18,186 nt of DNA from a bacterium (GCA_049472355.1 JBLIRP010000074.1:1-18186); one strand, 5' to 3'; positions 1-7,219 are shown, counted from the first letter of the stretch. The notes: generated by a model from the letters alone, not told the origin. Translations and numbers: made by a program.

Positions 1-98
1 AGCCTGCCGAACCGGCTGAAGAAGGGGGCCCAGGTCCGTGCGAGGCCCCGTTTAAGCAGGGAGAGTTCTTCTGCCTGATTCACGGGCGCTTGATTCAT
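1..98 (-). CDS. 5' end of a probable Lhr-like DEAD/DEAH-box helicase (partial, runs off the left edge; not in the ORF track)
   Basis: Minus strand from ATG 98 (or GTG 83) reads MNQAPVNQAEELSLLKRGLARTWAPFFSRFGR(L) with no stop to base 1. W-x-x-FF-x-RFG-x-L resembles the segment just before the Q-motif of Lhr-type SF2 helicases. It overlaps the 3' end of the upstream ATPase gene. Only 32 codons are visible. Confidence 0.6.
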   Translation of the reverse strand, partial: MNQAPVNQAEELSLLKRGLARTWAPFFSRFGR

Positions 99-1431
99 GG
101 GATACCAGGTGTGCCGGGTGTTTTCCCGGGTTGAAGCGGTGGAAGTCGAGGCACTCCACCATGGCCTTGATGAAGCGGCGCGTGGAATAGGAACTCGCCT
201 CCCGCGCCAGGTCGAATATGCGCCGGCGATACCCCTTCGGCACCTCGAACCGGTACACCCTCTCGTAGAGATCCATGAACCGGTAGAAGAGGTGTTCCAG
301 AAGGGATGCCGGCAGGGTTTCCAGGGTGATCTCGTAGATATTGTAATCCCTGGTGAGATACAGCGTGTAATCCGGGGTGAAGGCAAAGACCACCTTCAGG
401 AAGGAGGGCAACTGGTGCACATAGGGGATGCGAAGGTGGCCGGAATAGATAAGGGATGTCTTGGCCCCGGAGTAGCAGGTGGCCCCCTTCACCACCGCCT
501 CATCTGCAAGGTCGGGCTCGTCGTTTGCCACCATGGACAGGGCGTTGAAGAAATTGACCGCCCGCGACCATTCATAGGAGTAGCGGTAGGTGCGGGAGGT
601 CTCCGCCTCGTCGAACATGAGGATGATCCCCCTGAGGCCAAGCGCCCGGACCGCAAAGGCGCCCAGGCCGCTCAGGATGTTGCAGTATATGTTCGCCGCG
701 GTGGTGTGGTCGTAGAGGGTGCCGAATTCCGCGAAGCCGGTCTCCTGCCCCTCGATCCATTCCCACAGCTCCGGGGTGTCCCGCTCATCCCGGATCCTTT
801 CCAGTATCTTGCCAAGAAACCGGTGATCGGGAAGGGGATTCCGCTCGAGGTCCCTGCCGATGACGGTGAGCATCTCGTGAAGGGTATAGTACTGCCCCTG
901 AAAGGGAAAACGCAGGTTCCGGATGAGGTGGCGGTACACCCTCTTGGGGAACCCCGGCTGGGCGTCGCCCGGATTGATCCCTACCAGGCCCACCGCATAG
1001 TTCAGATCGAATCCGCTCGCGTGCAGGTACTCAATCAGGTGGCTCTTGCCGCTTCCGTATTCACCCCGGATGACCATGGTGCCGGATGTTTCGTCCTGCA
1101 GCCACTGCCGCACCCGGTCCACCTCCTGCTCCCTGCCCACGGTCCACTCCCTGATGGCCCGGACAGGCACGATCCCCATGCGGAATGCCTCGATCACCGA
1201 CCGGGCGTCCTCCGGTATGGGGGGTAAAATCTCCTTGGTGAGGGAGGGCCTGGGGAAGGGAAAGGGCTCTCCTTCTACAGGTTCATAGGCATCAATGAAG
1301 GTGAGGATGCTCCGTCTCAGCCACAACTGCACCGCGTGGGGGAACTGGACCAGGAACTCATGGCCGTGATGGCGCTGGTCGATGGCGATGCCCTCGCCGA
1401 ATATGGGGTGGCGCACCCTGGGGCATTCCAT
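52..1431 (-). CDS. DUF2791/BrxD-like P-loop ATPase with an N-terminal Tudor/SH3-like domain
   Basis: Family-type motif ARSVIEAFRMGIVP...TVGREQE, Walker A GEYGSGKS, Walker B IILMFDEAE. Start placed at ATG 1431 (GAAGGGG upstream) rather than TTG 1455; 459 aa. Confidence 0.85.
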   Translation of the reverse strand: MECPRVRHPIFGEGIAIDQRHHGHEFLVQFPHAVQLWLRRSILTFIDAYEPVEGEPFPFPRPSLTKEILPPIPEDARSVIEAFRMGIVPVRAIREWTVGREQEVDRVRQWLQDETSGTMVIRGEYGSGKSHLIEYLHASGFDLNYAVGLVGINPGDAQPGFPKRVYRHLIRNLRFPFQGQYYTLHEMLTVIGRDLERNPLPDHRFLGKILERIRDERDTPELWEWIEGQETGFAEFGTLYDHTTAANIYCNILSGLGAFAVRALGLRGIILMFDEAETSRTYRYSYEWSRAVNFFNALSMVANDEPDLADEAVVKGATCYSGAKTSLIYSGHLRIPYVHQLPSFLKVVFAFTPDYTLYLTRDYNIYEITLETLPASLLEHLFYRFMDLYERVYRFEVPKGYRRRIFDLAREASSYSTRRFIKAMVECLDFHRFNPGKHPAHLVSHESSARESGRRTLPA

Positions 1432-1444
1432 TACGTCATCCCCT

Positions 1445-2728
1445 TCATCCCTCAAGGAGCTTTATGGTCTGCTCCCGGCTGAAGGTCCCCGTGGGCTCCT
1501 TGCGCAGGATGTGGAAGGCCCTGATGATCCCCTGGACAAAGAGCCTCACGTAGCCGATGTCGCCGAAACGGCGCTCATAGGCCTCATGGGCCAGGCCCTG
1601 GATCACGGGTGCGATGTCATCCGGGAAGGCGATCTCGTAGGCCTGCTCGTAGATGGCCCTGAGCCGTGTGCCCACCTCCTCCAGGAAGGCGATGGGCTCC
1701 CGCTCCATCCCCTCCAGGCGGATCTTCACCCCTGAAGGGTTGTAGAAGTCGAAGATGCTCGATACGCGCTGTTTCAGGGCCTCGTACACATTCGATGCCC
1801 CCTCGAAGATGTTCTCGTCGGGAAGGGCGTAGAAGATCATCACGTTCTTGAACGAGGCATGCCCGCACTCGTCGATGATCTCCCGCAGATTGCTGAGCAT
1901 CAGCTCCCGCTGCTTGCTGCTCAGGCTGGGCACCTGCTCCGCCTCGTCGAAGAGGATCACCAGGCCCGCATACCCGATGTTCCTCACCCACTGGATCAGG
2001 GAGCGGATCATGGAAAAGGCGTTGCTTCGCTCGATGGGGTGAAGCAGGCCATACTCCTTGTGCACGTTCCTCTCATACCCCTCCAGCCGCAGCCACTGGA
2101 TGATGTTCCGGAAGTCCTCCTCGCGCTCGCGGTGCAGGGAGAGGAAGGCATTGGCAACCGCACGCGAAAAGTTCACGTTTTCGATGTTGTGCTGCACGGA
2201 CCGGGCATAGTCCTCGATCTCCCTATCCAGGGTCTCTGCCTGGAGCCCTGCCTGCCGGAAGATCTCCGCCTGCCGCTCGTACCAGGTGGCGATGAATGCC
2301 TCGACCCCCTTTTCCTGCCCCTTGAGGAGCTCTTCCGGGGTCATCGGGTACATGAGGTTGTTGACGATCGCCCGGTATACCAGCTCCAATCGGTAGAAGG
2401 GGGCCTCCTCGGAGCTCAGGTTCACGTAGCTCACCACGAAGTTCTCCTGCCAGGCGAGTTCCCTGATGTTGTAAAGGAAGTGGGTCTTCCCGCCCCCGTA
2501 AGCCCCGATGACCAGCTTGAAGGTCGATCCGCCGTCCTCCTTGATGAAGGTCTTCAGGTAGTCGTCATCGATGAGGTGCAGGTAGTCGTCGAGCCCCACC
2601 GTAAAGTACTGGAATCCCCATTCGGGCGGTGTGCCGAAGGAGCCCACCGTCTCGATGACCCGCCGTGCGATGTGTTTGTCGATCCGGTTATTCATGTCCT
2701 GTGTCTTTTCCAAGGGTTTATGGTCCAA
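1445..2728 (-). CDS. DUF2791/BrxD-like P-loop ATPase
   Basis: ARRVIETVGSFGTPP...FTVG N-terminal motif, Walker A GAYGGGKT, Walker B LVILFDEAE; 427 aa (start could be the later MNNR ATG); stop lies 13 nt before the next start. Confidence 0.85.
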   Translation of the reverse strand: MDHKPLEKTQDMNNRIDKHIARRVIETVGSFGTPPEWGFQYFTVGLDDYLHLIDDDYLKTFIKEDGGSTFKLVIGAYGGGKTHFLYNIRELAWQENFVVSYVNLSSEEAPFYRLELVYRAIVNNLMYPMTPEELLKGQEKGVEAFIATWYERQAEIFRQAGLQAETLDREIEDYARSVQHNIENVNFSRAVANAFLSLHREREEDFRNIIQWLRLEGYERNVHKEYGLLHPIERSNAFSMIRSLIQWVRNIGYAGLVILFDEAEQVPSLSSKQRELMLSNLREIIDECGHASFKNVMIFYALPDENIFEGASNVYEALKQRVSSIFDFYNPSGVKIRLEGMEREPIAFLEEVGTRLRAIYEQAYEIAFPDDIAPVIQGLAHEAYERRFGDIGYVRLFVQGIIRAFHILRKEPTGTFSREQTIKLLEG

Positions 2729-2750
2729 TTATTCCGTTCACCGGCGCACC

Positions 2751-3620
2751 CTACCGGGGTGCACGGGAGATGAAGCACACGGAGGCGAAATGGGTGCCGT
2801 CGCCGCGCGGGCTCTGCGGGACCCAGAGGTTTTCCTCCATCCGCTTGGTCTGCTCCCGGCTGGCGATGCCCAGGCGCAGCTCGTGGTCATTATACTGGCG
2901 CCGCTTCGTGCGGAAAAGGTCGTAGCTCAACTGCACCCGGCCGTAGCTTGTGAAGTGCTCCCTGCGGGGGTCCGCGAGAAATTTTGTGCCCTGCTTCTGC
3001 CAGGCGATCTCCCCGAGCCATCGGATGATGGGGAGGGTTGCGCCGGGGGCGAGCCCCTCCCGGATGATACACCGCCCATACGCATCAAACAGGAGCCTCA
3101 GGAATTCCTCTTCGTCCTTGAAGCTTGCACCCTCCAGGTCCTTGTACAGCGTGGTGACTGTGTCCGTGATCGAATCCACGGACAGCCTCGCCTTTCCCAG
3201 CAGCTCGATCCTGGGGCCGAACCAGATCCGGACCTGCCCCTGGGTGAGCAGAAATTCGAGGGTAAGAAGCCCCACCCGCAGCTCCGGAACATTGCCGGAG
3301 ATCTGCCATCCCTGCTCCCGGAACCGCCGGTCAAGCTCCGCCCCTAAATAATTCCTGAGTGTCTGTTTTGCAGGATCGAGGAGCCTCTTTTTCTCCTCCA
3401 CAAACTCCCGCACCCTTTGCAGGTCCTCACGCAGGTCCTTGAGGTCTTCGAATTGGGCGAGCCTCTCCTCAATCTTTCCAAGCCGCTCCTCAACCAGGTA
3501 GGCATTCTTCTCAATGTCCCTTTCCAGGGTCTCCCCCTCCTTGAGATACTTCTCCAACTGGGCGAGGTCCCGCCTTCCCTGATTCAGTTTTTTCCGCAGT
3601 TCCTGATACGTGGAACCCAT
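2751..3620 (-). CDS. Hypothetical protein: N-terminal coiled coil plus unknown globular C-terminal domain
   Basis: ATG 3620 preceded by GGAGG; first ~90 aa are heptad-like and E/K/R/L-rich; 289 aa; 22 nt gap to the first ATPase gene. Confidence 0.85.
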   Translation of the reverse strand: MGSTYQELRKKLNQGRRDLAQLEKYLKEGETLERDIEKNAYLVEERLGKIEERLAQFEDLKDLREDLQRVREFVEEKKRLLDPAKQTLRNYLGAELDRRFREQGWQISGNVPELRVGLLTLEFLLTQGQVRIWFGPRIELLGKARLSVDSITDTVTTLYKDLEGASFKDEEEFLRLLFDAYGRCIIREGLAPGATLPIIRWLGEIAWQKQGTKFLADPRREHFTSYGRVQLSYDLFRTKRRQYNDHELRLGIASREQTKRMEENLWVPQSPRGDGTHFASVCFISRAPR

Positions 3621-3764
3621 ATGGTTAAACCTCCGAAATAGACAGTTTACCAGAAACAGGGGAAAAATGCCAAAAAAAGGGGCATCCACATTATTCCCTG
3701 TCTTTTGGGAGGGGCCATGCCGCTATGGATGCGGATCAATCCTGTCAAACAACCCCCTGATTAT

Positions 3765-3793
3765 TCGACATCCATTCCTTCATGCCTTAGAAT
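3765..3793 (+). promoter_or_regulatory. Sigma70-type promoter for the WbqC-like gene (probably leaderless mRNA)
   Basis: TCGACA (3765-3770), 17 nt, TAGAAT (3788-3793); ATG begins 7 nt later at 3801. Confidence 0.55.
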
Positions 3794-3800
3794 ATGGTTT

Positions 3801-4493
3801 ATGAGAACGGTCGCCTGTCACCAGCCCATCTATATGCCATGGCCCGGATTCCTTTACAAGGCGCTCAAGGCGGATGTGGTCGTGCTCCTGGACAATATCC
3901 AGTTTCCCCTCGGGATCTCCTGGGTGAGCAGAAACCGGCTCAAGAACCACAACGGGGCATTCTGGCTCACCGTGCCCGTGTGGAAGAAGGGGAGGGGGAA
4001 GCAGCGGATCGACGAGGTCGCAATCTGCAATGATCGGGAGTGGCAAAGGAGGCAGTATGCGAGCATCACCCATGCCTACAAAAACGCCCCCTATTTTGGT
4101 GAACATGAGGAGTTCCTCAAGGAGATCTTCAACAGACGGTGGGAGCGCCTCGTCGATCTGAACACGGCGGTGCTCACGTATCTCTTTGACGCCCTGGGGA
4201 TTACCCGTGAGATTATCATGGGTTCGTCACTCGGAATCGAGGCCCGTGCCGAGGGATTGCTCATCGGCATATGCAGGAGGGTCAATGCCGGCTGCCTGGC
4301 AAGCCTCTCCTTCGGCAGGAAATACCTTGACGAAGCGACATTCAGAAAACAGGGGATCGAGGTGCGGTTGTATCGCTACACCCCCCCTGTGTATCCGCAG
4401 CTATGGGGTGATTTTCTTCCCAACCTCTCGACGCTCGATCTTCTGTTGAATTGCGGCGGCAGAAAAGGCCTGGAGATCTTGCAAAAGCGGTGA
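3801..4493 (+). CDS. WbqC-like family protein
   Basis: HQPIYMPWPGFLYK N-terminus, LDNIQF, WVSRNR, WLTVPV, AYKNAPYF, YPQLWGDFLPNLSTLDLLLNCG. The family N-terminus fits ATG 3801; 230 aa. Confidence 0.9.
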   Translation: MRTVACHQPIYMPWPGFLYKALKADVVVLLDNIQFPLGISWVSRNRLKNHNGAFWLTVPVWKKGRGKQRIDEVAICNDREWQRRQYASITHAYKNAPYFGEHEEFLKEIFNRRWERLVDLNTAVLTYLFDALGITREIIMGSSLGIEARAEGLLIGICRRVNAGCLASLSFGRKYLDEATFRKQGIEVRLYRYTPPVYPQLWGDFLPNLSTLDLLLNCGGRKGLEILQKR

Positions 4494-4585
4494 TCTTCCG
4501 GCGGACATTACCGCATGCCGCCTCCCCAGTGCCCATCAGTCGCATCCCCTGGCAATGCCTGCCTTTTCCAAGAAAAAGAGGCTAC

Positions 4586-4657
4586 TTGCTCACCCTACCG
4601 TTAAAGAGGGTATAAAAAGGAGGCGCATAAATAGTTATTTAACGGTAGGGTGAGCAA
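4586..4657. repeat. Perfect 20-bp inverted repeat with 32-nt spacer
   Basis: TTGCTCACCCTACCGTTAAA (4586-4605) / TTTAACGGTAGGGTGAGCAA (4638-4657). Confidence 0.9.
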
Positions 4658-4670
4658 ATCGCCTGCAGAT

Positions 4671-4731
4671 GGTTGCCGGATCCAGGAGGAAAGGGTATCT
4701 TCCGGGCATAAGGGGAAAGGATCAGGCAACC
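4671..4731. repeat. 13-bp inverted repeat (1 mismatch) with 35-nt spacer, followed by a T-run
   Basis: GGTTGCCGGATCC (4671-4683) / GGATCAGGCAACC (4719-4731), then GTTTTT. Confidence 0.75.
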
Positions 4732-4918
4732 GTTTTTCTACATATATACAGACGAAAAACGCATGCCTCAGATTACGTTCCTTCCTAAATACCCGAGGCA
4801 TTGTGTAACATGCCTGCCCATGAACAGTTTTTACAATACCTTGGATTTATTGAGTTTGAATCTTGCTCTTAAAAGGGCTGGTATGACTGAGCAGGCATGA
4901 AGGGGAGTAGTAACCATA

Positions 4919-4948
4919 TTGACATAATTGCTGCCCGGAGAATATACT
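4919..4948 (+). promoter_or_regulatory. Sigma70-type promoter of the HEPN-MNT pair
   Basis: TTGACA (4919-4924), 18 nt, TATACT (4943-4948); 80 nt upstream of ATG 5029. Confidence 0.7.
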
Positions 4949-5028
4949 TGTTTATAGAAACAGTAACTCTTTATAAAAGAGAGATTTTTATTCCATCGAT
5001 CAAATTTTCAAGACTCGCAAGGTGTTGT

Positions 5029-5418
5029 ATGAATCGAAGCAAGGATTGGTTGGAACAGGCGGAATTGGATTTACAGCATGCGGTGAATTCCAAAAAAAAT
5101 AAAGACTTCAACTGGGCTTGCTTCGCATCGCAACAGGCCGCAGAAAAGGCCATAAAATCACTCTACCTTTATCTCCACATGGAAGGCTGGGGGCACGTGA
5201 TAAAGAATCTGCTTGAGGAAATCAGTGAAGATATAGAAGTACCACATAATTTGTTTACCGCTGGAAAGAGATTGGATCAATACTATATACCAACAAGATA
5301 TCCAAACGGATTTGACGCAGGGAAACCTGCCGACTTTTATACCGAAGAGGATGCCCAAGAGGCCATCGATTATGCCAAAGAGATCATTGAATTCTGTAAA
5401 AACAAAATCAGTCCATAG
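5029..5418 (+). CDS. HEPN domain protein
   Basis: WLEQAELDL...ACFASQQAAEKAIK...WGH...LDQYYIPTRYP pattern typical of MNT-associated HEPN proteins; AAGGTG before ATG 5029; 129 aa. Confidence 0.9.
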   Translation: MNRSKDWLEQAELDLQHAVNSKKNKDFNWACFASQQAAEKAIKSLYLYLHMEGWGHVIKNLLEEISEDIEVPHNLFTAGKRLDQYYIPTRYPNGFDAGKPADFYTEEDAQEAIDYAKEIIEFCKNKISP

Positions 5419-5731
5419 GGATATAGTCATTAATCGACTGAAAGAATGGGCATATCAGATTACGGAAGAACATGAGGAAATCGTGAAAATTGGCTATTTT
5501 GGCTCATATGCGCGGGACGACTATACCCCATCCAGTGACCTGGATATTTTGATCGTCGTTAAAGAGTCACCAAAACCTCCCCATAAGCGTCTCCTCGACT
5601 ATTCCATAGATCATTTCCCAGTGGGTTGTGAGCTATTCGTATTTACCGAGGAAGAGCTGGAGAGAAAAAAGGCATTGAAAAGAGGATGGATGCATACGAT
5701 CCTCAAAGAAGTTCAGTGGATTTTATCCTGA
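5372..5731 (+). CDS. Minimal nucleotidyltransferase (MNT)
   Basis: YFGSYARDDYTPSSDLDILIV = hGS-x10-DxD Pol-beta superfamily motif; start uncertain (5372 or 5351); overlaps the HEPN 3' end; ~119 aa. Confidence 0.9.
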   Translation: MPKRSLNSVKTKSVHRDIVINRLKEWAYQITEEHEEIVKIGYFGSYARDDYTPSSDLDILIVVKESPKPPHKRLLDYSIDHFPVGCELFVFTEEELERKKALKRGWMHTILKEVQWILS

Positions 5732-6232
5732 GATAGGCTAACATTCCGTATCCAACCGCTGCCGTTAGGTATTTACATCGCAATAATAAATTCCTAAAAA
5801 TTGCCTCGATTAAAGTTCATCTTAGTCAGATGAAGTTTTGACAAAGCACAGCTGTGGTGAGCGTTTATTATGCTATGCAGTATTCCTATACTGTCCGGGA
5901 TGGAACCCTGAAATGATTCATTGGTACAAGTCACCCCGAAAACGTAACTCGCGTGGGGCACGTACCGTCAATTTTTTATCGAACACGGATCTTCTTTCTT
6001 TTCGTAGCGACCAAAGGGGCATGATTGTTTCATGATGCGGTCTCATTCCTGATATGGCCTCTTTGGAAGAACTTATCAGCCTCAATCACAAGGGTATGAC
6101 TATTTTCGGGCGTGTGCGTGCCTTTGTTCGAAGGGGGGGTGATCGGCTCTCGCTGGATCTATTCAAATAGTAGCATATCGCTTTCTCTCTCTATTCTTTT
6201 CCATTATTAATTTTACATAGGAAGAGATTGCT

Positions 6233-6418
6233 GTGAAATCAGTATCGTTTCGAGGATTACTCCTCGGCATTGTTCTCGTTGCATCCTTTGGTTTGATCTG
6301 TAGCACCGTGTCCGCGCAGTTTGGTCCTTCTTGGTATCAGACCGATATCCGCGGGCCCTCATGATACCAGAGCGGTGTGGGCGGCCCCTGGTGGTCGTCC
6401 CTTTTATCTGCCTTATAA
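6233..6418 (+). pseudogene. Small secreted peptide ORF with in-frame TGA at codon 44 (43-aa product, nonsense allele, or read-through to 61 aa)
   Basis: GTG 6233 after AGGAAGAG; MKSVSFRGLLLGIVLVASFGLICSTVSA-QFGPSWYQTDIRGPS*YQSGVGGPWWSSLLSAL*. Signal-peptide-like N-terminus; TAA 6416-6418 is followed by a plus-strand intrinsic terminator. Confidence 0.65.
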
Positions 6419-6455
6419 AAAAGGCACAGCGTGGGAAAGCGTCTTATCACATATA

Positions 6456-6485
6456 CCCGCGGGGGAAACCCTGCGGGGTTTTTTT
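6456..6485 (+). terminator. Rho-independent terminator
   Basis: CCCGCGGGG-GAAA-CCCTGCGGG stem (one G-U pair) followed by G and T7. Confidence 0.85.
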
Positions 6486-6511
6486 ATGTGCATCCGGCAG
6501 GGCGCACACAT

Positions 6512-6552
6512 AAAAAAGGGCCCCTTCCCGCAAAGGCGGGAAGGGGCCCTTT
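6512..6552 (-). terminator. Rho-independent terminator of the Gly/Tyr-rich gene
   Basis: AAAGGGCCCCTTCCCGC-AAAG-GCGGGAAGGGGCCCTTT perfect stem; A6 at 6512-6517 gives a U-run on the minus strand; 28 nt past the stop codon ending at 6581. Confidence 0.9.
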
Positions 6553-6580
6553 GGATGGACGTATGTTGCCTTAATAAGGT

Positions 6581-7219
6581 TTAATAAATTCTTGTTGGAT
6601 AGCCGCCAACGCCGTAGCCACCGAAGCCACTATAATAGCCGCCAAAGCCACCAAAACTGCTGGCACCGGTATAGCCTAAGCCGCCGCCGCCGGGATAGCC
6701 ATAACCGCCACCATAGCCACCACTCCAGAGCGACCTAAAGGGACCCAGCATAAATCCGGATCCTCCAAATCCAAGCCCTTGATACATAGAGGTCATACTC
6801 TGACTGCCAAAAAACGGGTTATAGGATTCGGAAGTAGAGTATTGAGGGGCCCCATACGTGCCCATCATATAAGAGAGTGGAGAAGTAGGGAATTGAAACA
6901 TAGGCCCCGTAAAAAGACCGCCGATGGCACTGCCTCTGGAGGATGACGAAACCGTTCCGGTCATTGCCCCCATCCAATCGGGCATTGCGTATGAAACGGT
7001 TACATTGGGGAAAATTTCTCCCCGCATCAAGTCATACTGGCTCGTGTATTGACGGCCGGTATAATAGCACATACCTCCAATGCAGGTCCTTTCTTCCTCA
7101 TAGGCCTTCCCCGATCTTGCAGGTTCCTCTGCAGCCTTGGCGGCGATTCCGTGAAATCCCATAACCAGGCAGACGGCGACAAGGCATATGAATATTGTGG
7201 TAAAAATCCTCCTGCTCAT
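6581..7219 (-). CDS. Secreted Gly/Tyr/Ser/Phe-rich low-complexity protein
   Basis: SD AAGGGAG; basic plus hydrophobic signal peptide ending AAKA; CIGGMC pair; C-terminal GGYGGGYGYPGGGG...GGFGGYYSGFGGYG; own terminator; 212 aa. Confidence 0.8.
   Translation of the reverse strand: MSRRIFTTIFICLVAVCLVMGFHGIAAKAAEEPARSGKAYEEERTCIGGMCYYTGRQYTSQYDLMRGEIFPNVTVSYAMPDWMGAMTGTVSSSSRGSAIGGLFTGPMFQFPTSPLSYMMGTYGAPQYSTSESYNPFFGSQSMTSMYQGLGFGGSGFMLGPFRSLWSGGYGGGYGYPGGGGLGYTGASSFGGFGGYYSGFGGYGVGGYPTRIY

Noticed and set aside
52..2728. Calling the locus a complete BREX system
   Set aside because: No pglZ, pglX, brxA/B or brxL visible; only the ATPase family is shared.
97..2773. Long plus-strand ORFs 97..1227 and 1859..2773
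   Set aside because: Antisense shadows of the ATPase genes in GC-rich DNA; no recognisable motifs.
3656..3711. Imperfect inverted repeat ACAGGGGAAAAATG / CATTATTCCCTGT in the divergent intergenic region
   Set aside because: Needs a gap and a mismatch and is low in complexity; could be an operator but is unsupported.
4586..4731. CRISPR mini-array (spacer-like lengths of 32-35 nt)
   Set aside because: Repeats are inverted rather than direct, differ between units, and no cas genes are present.
6362..6364. Genome-wide TGA recoding (code 4 or 25)
   Set aside because: The WbqC-like, MNT, DUF885, ATP-grasp, PilZ and speD genes end at TGA at expected lengths, and Trp is encoded by TGG.
6420..6490. 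c-di-GMP-I riboswitch (GAAA tetraloop)
   Set aside because: No GGCAAAC/GCAAAG-type core; the hairpin is explained as a terminator.
6321..6584. ORF-track entries 6321..6584 and 6331..6513
   Set aside because: They run through terminator hairpins and have no SD; the 6233 frame explains the region better.
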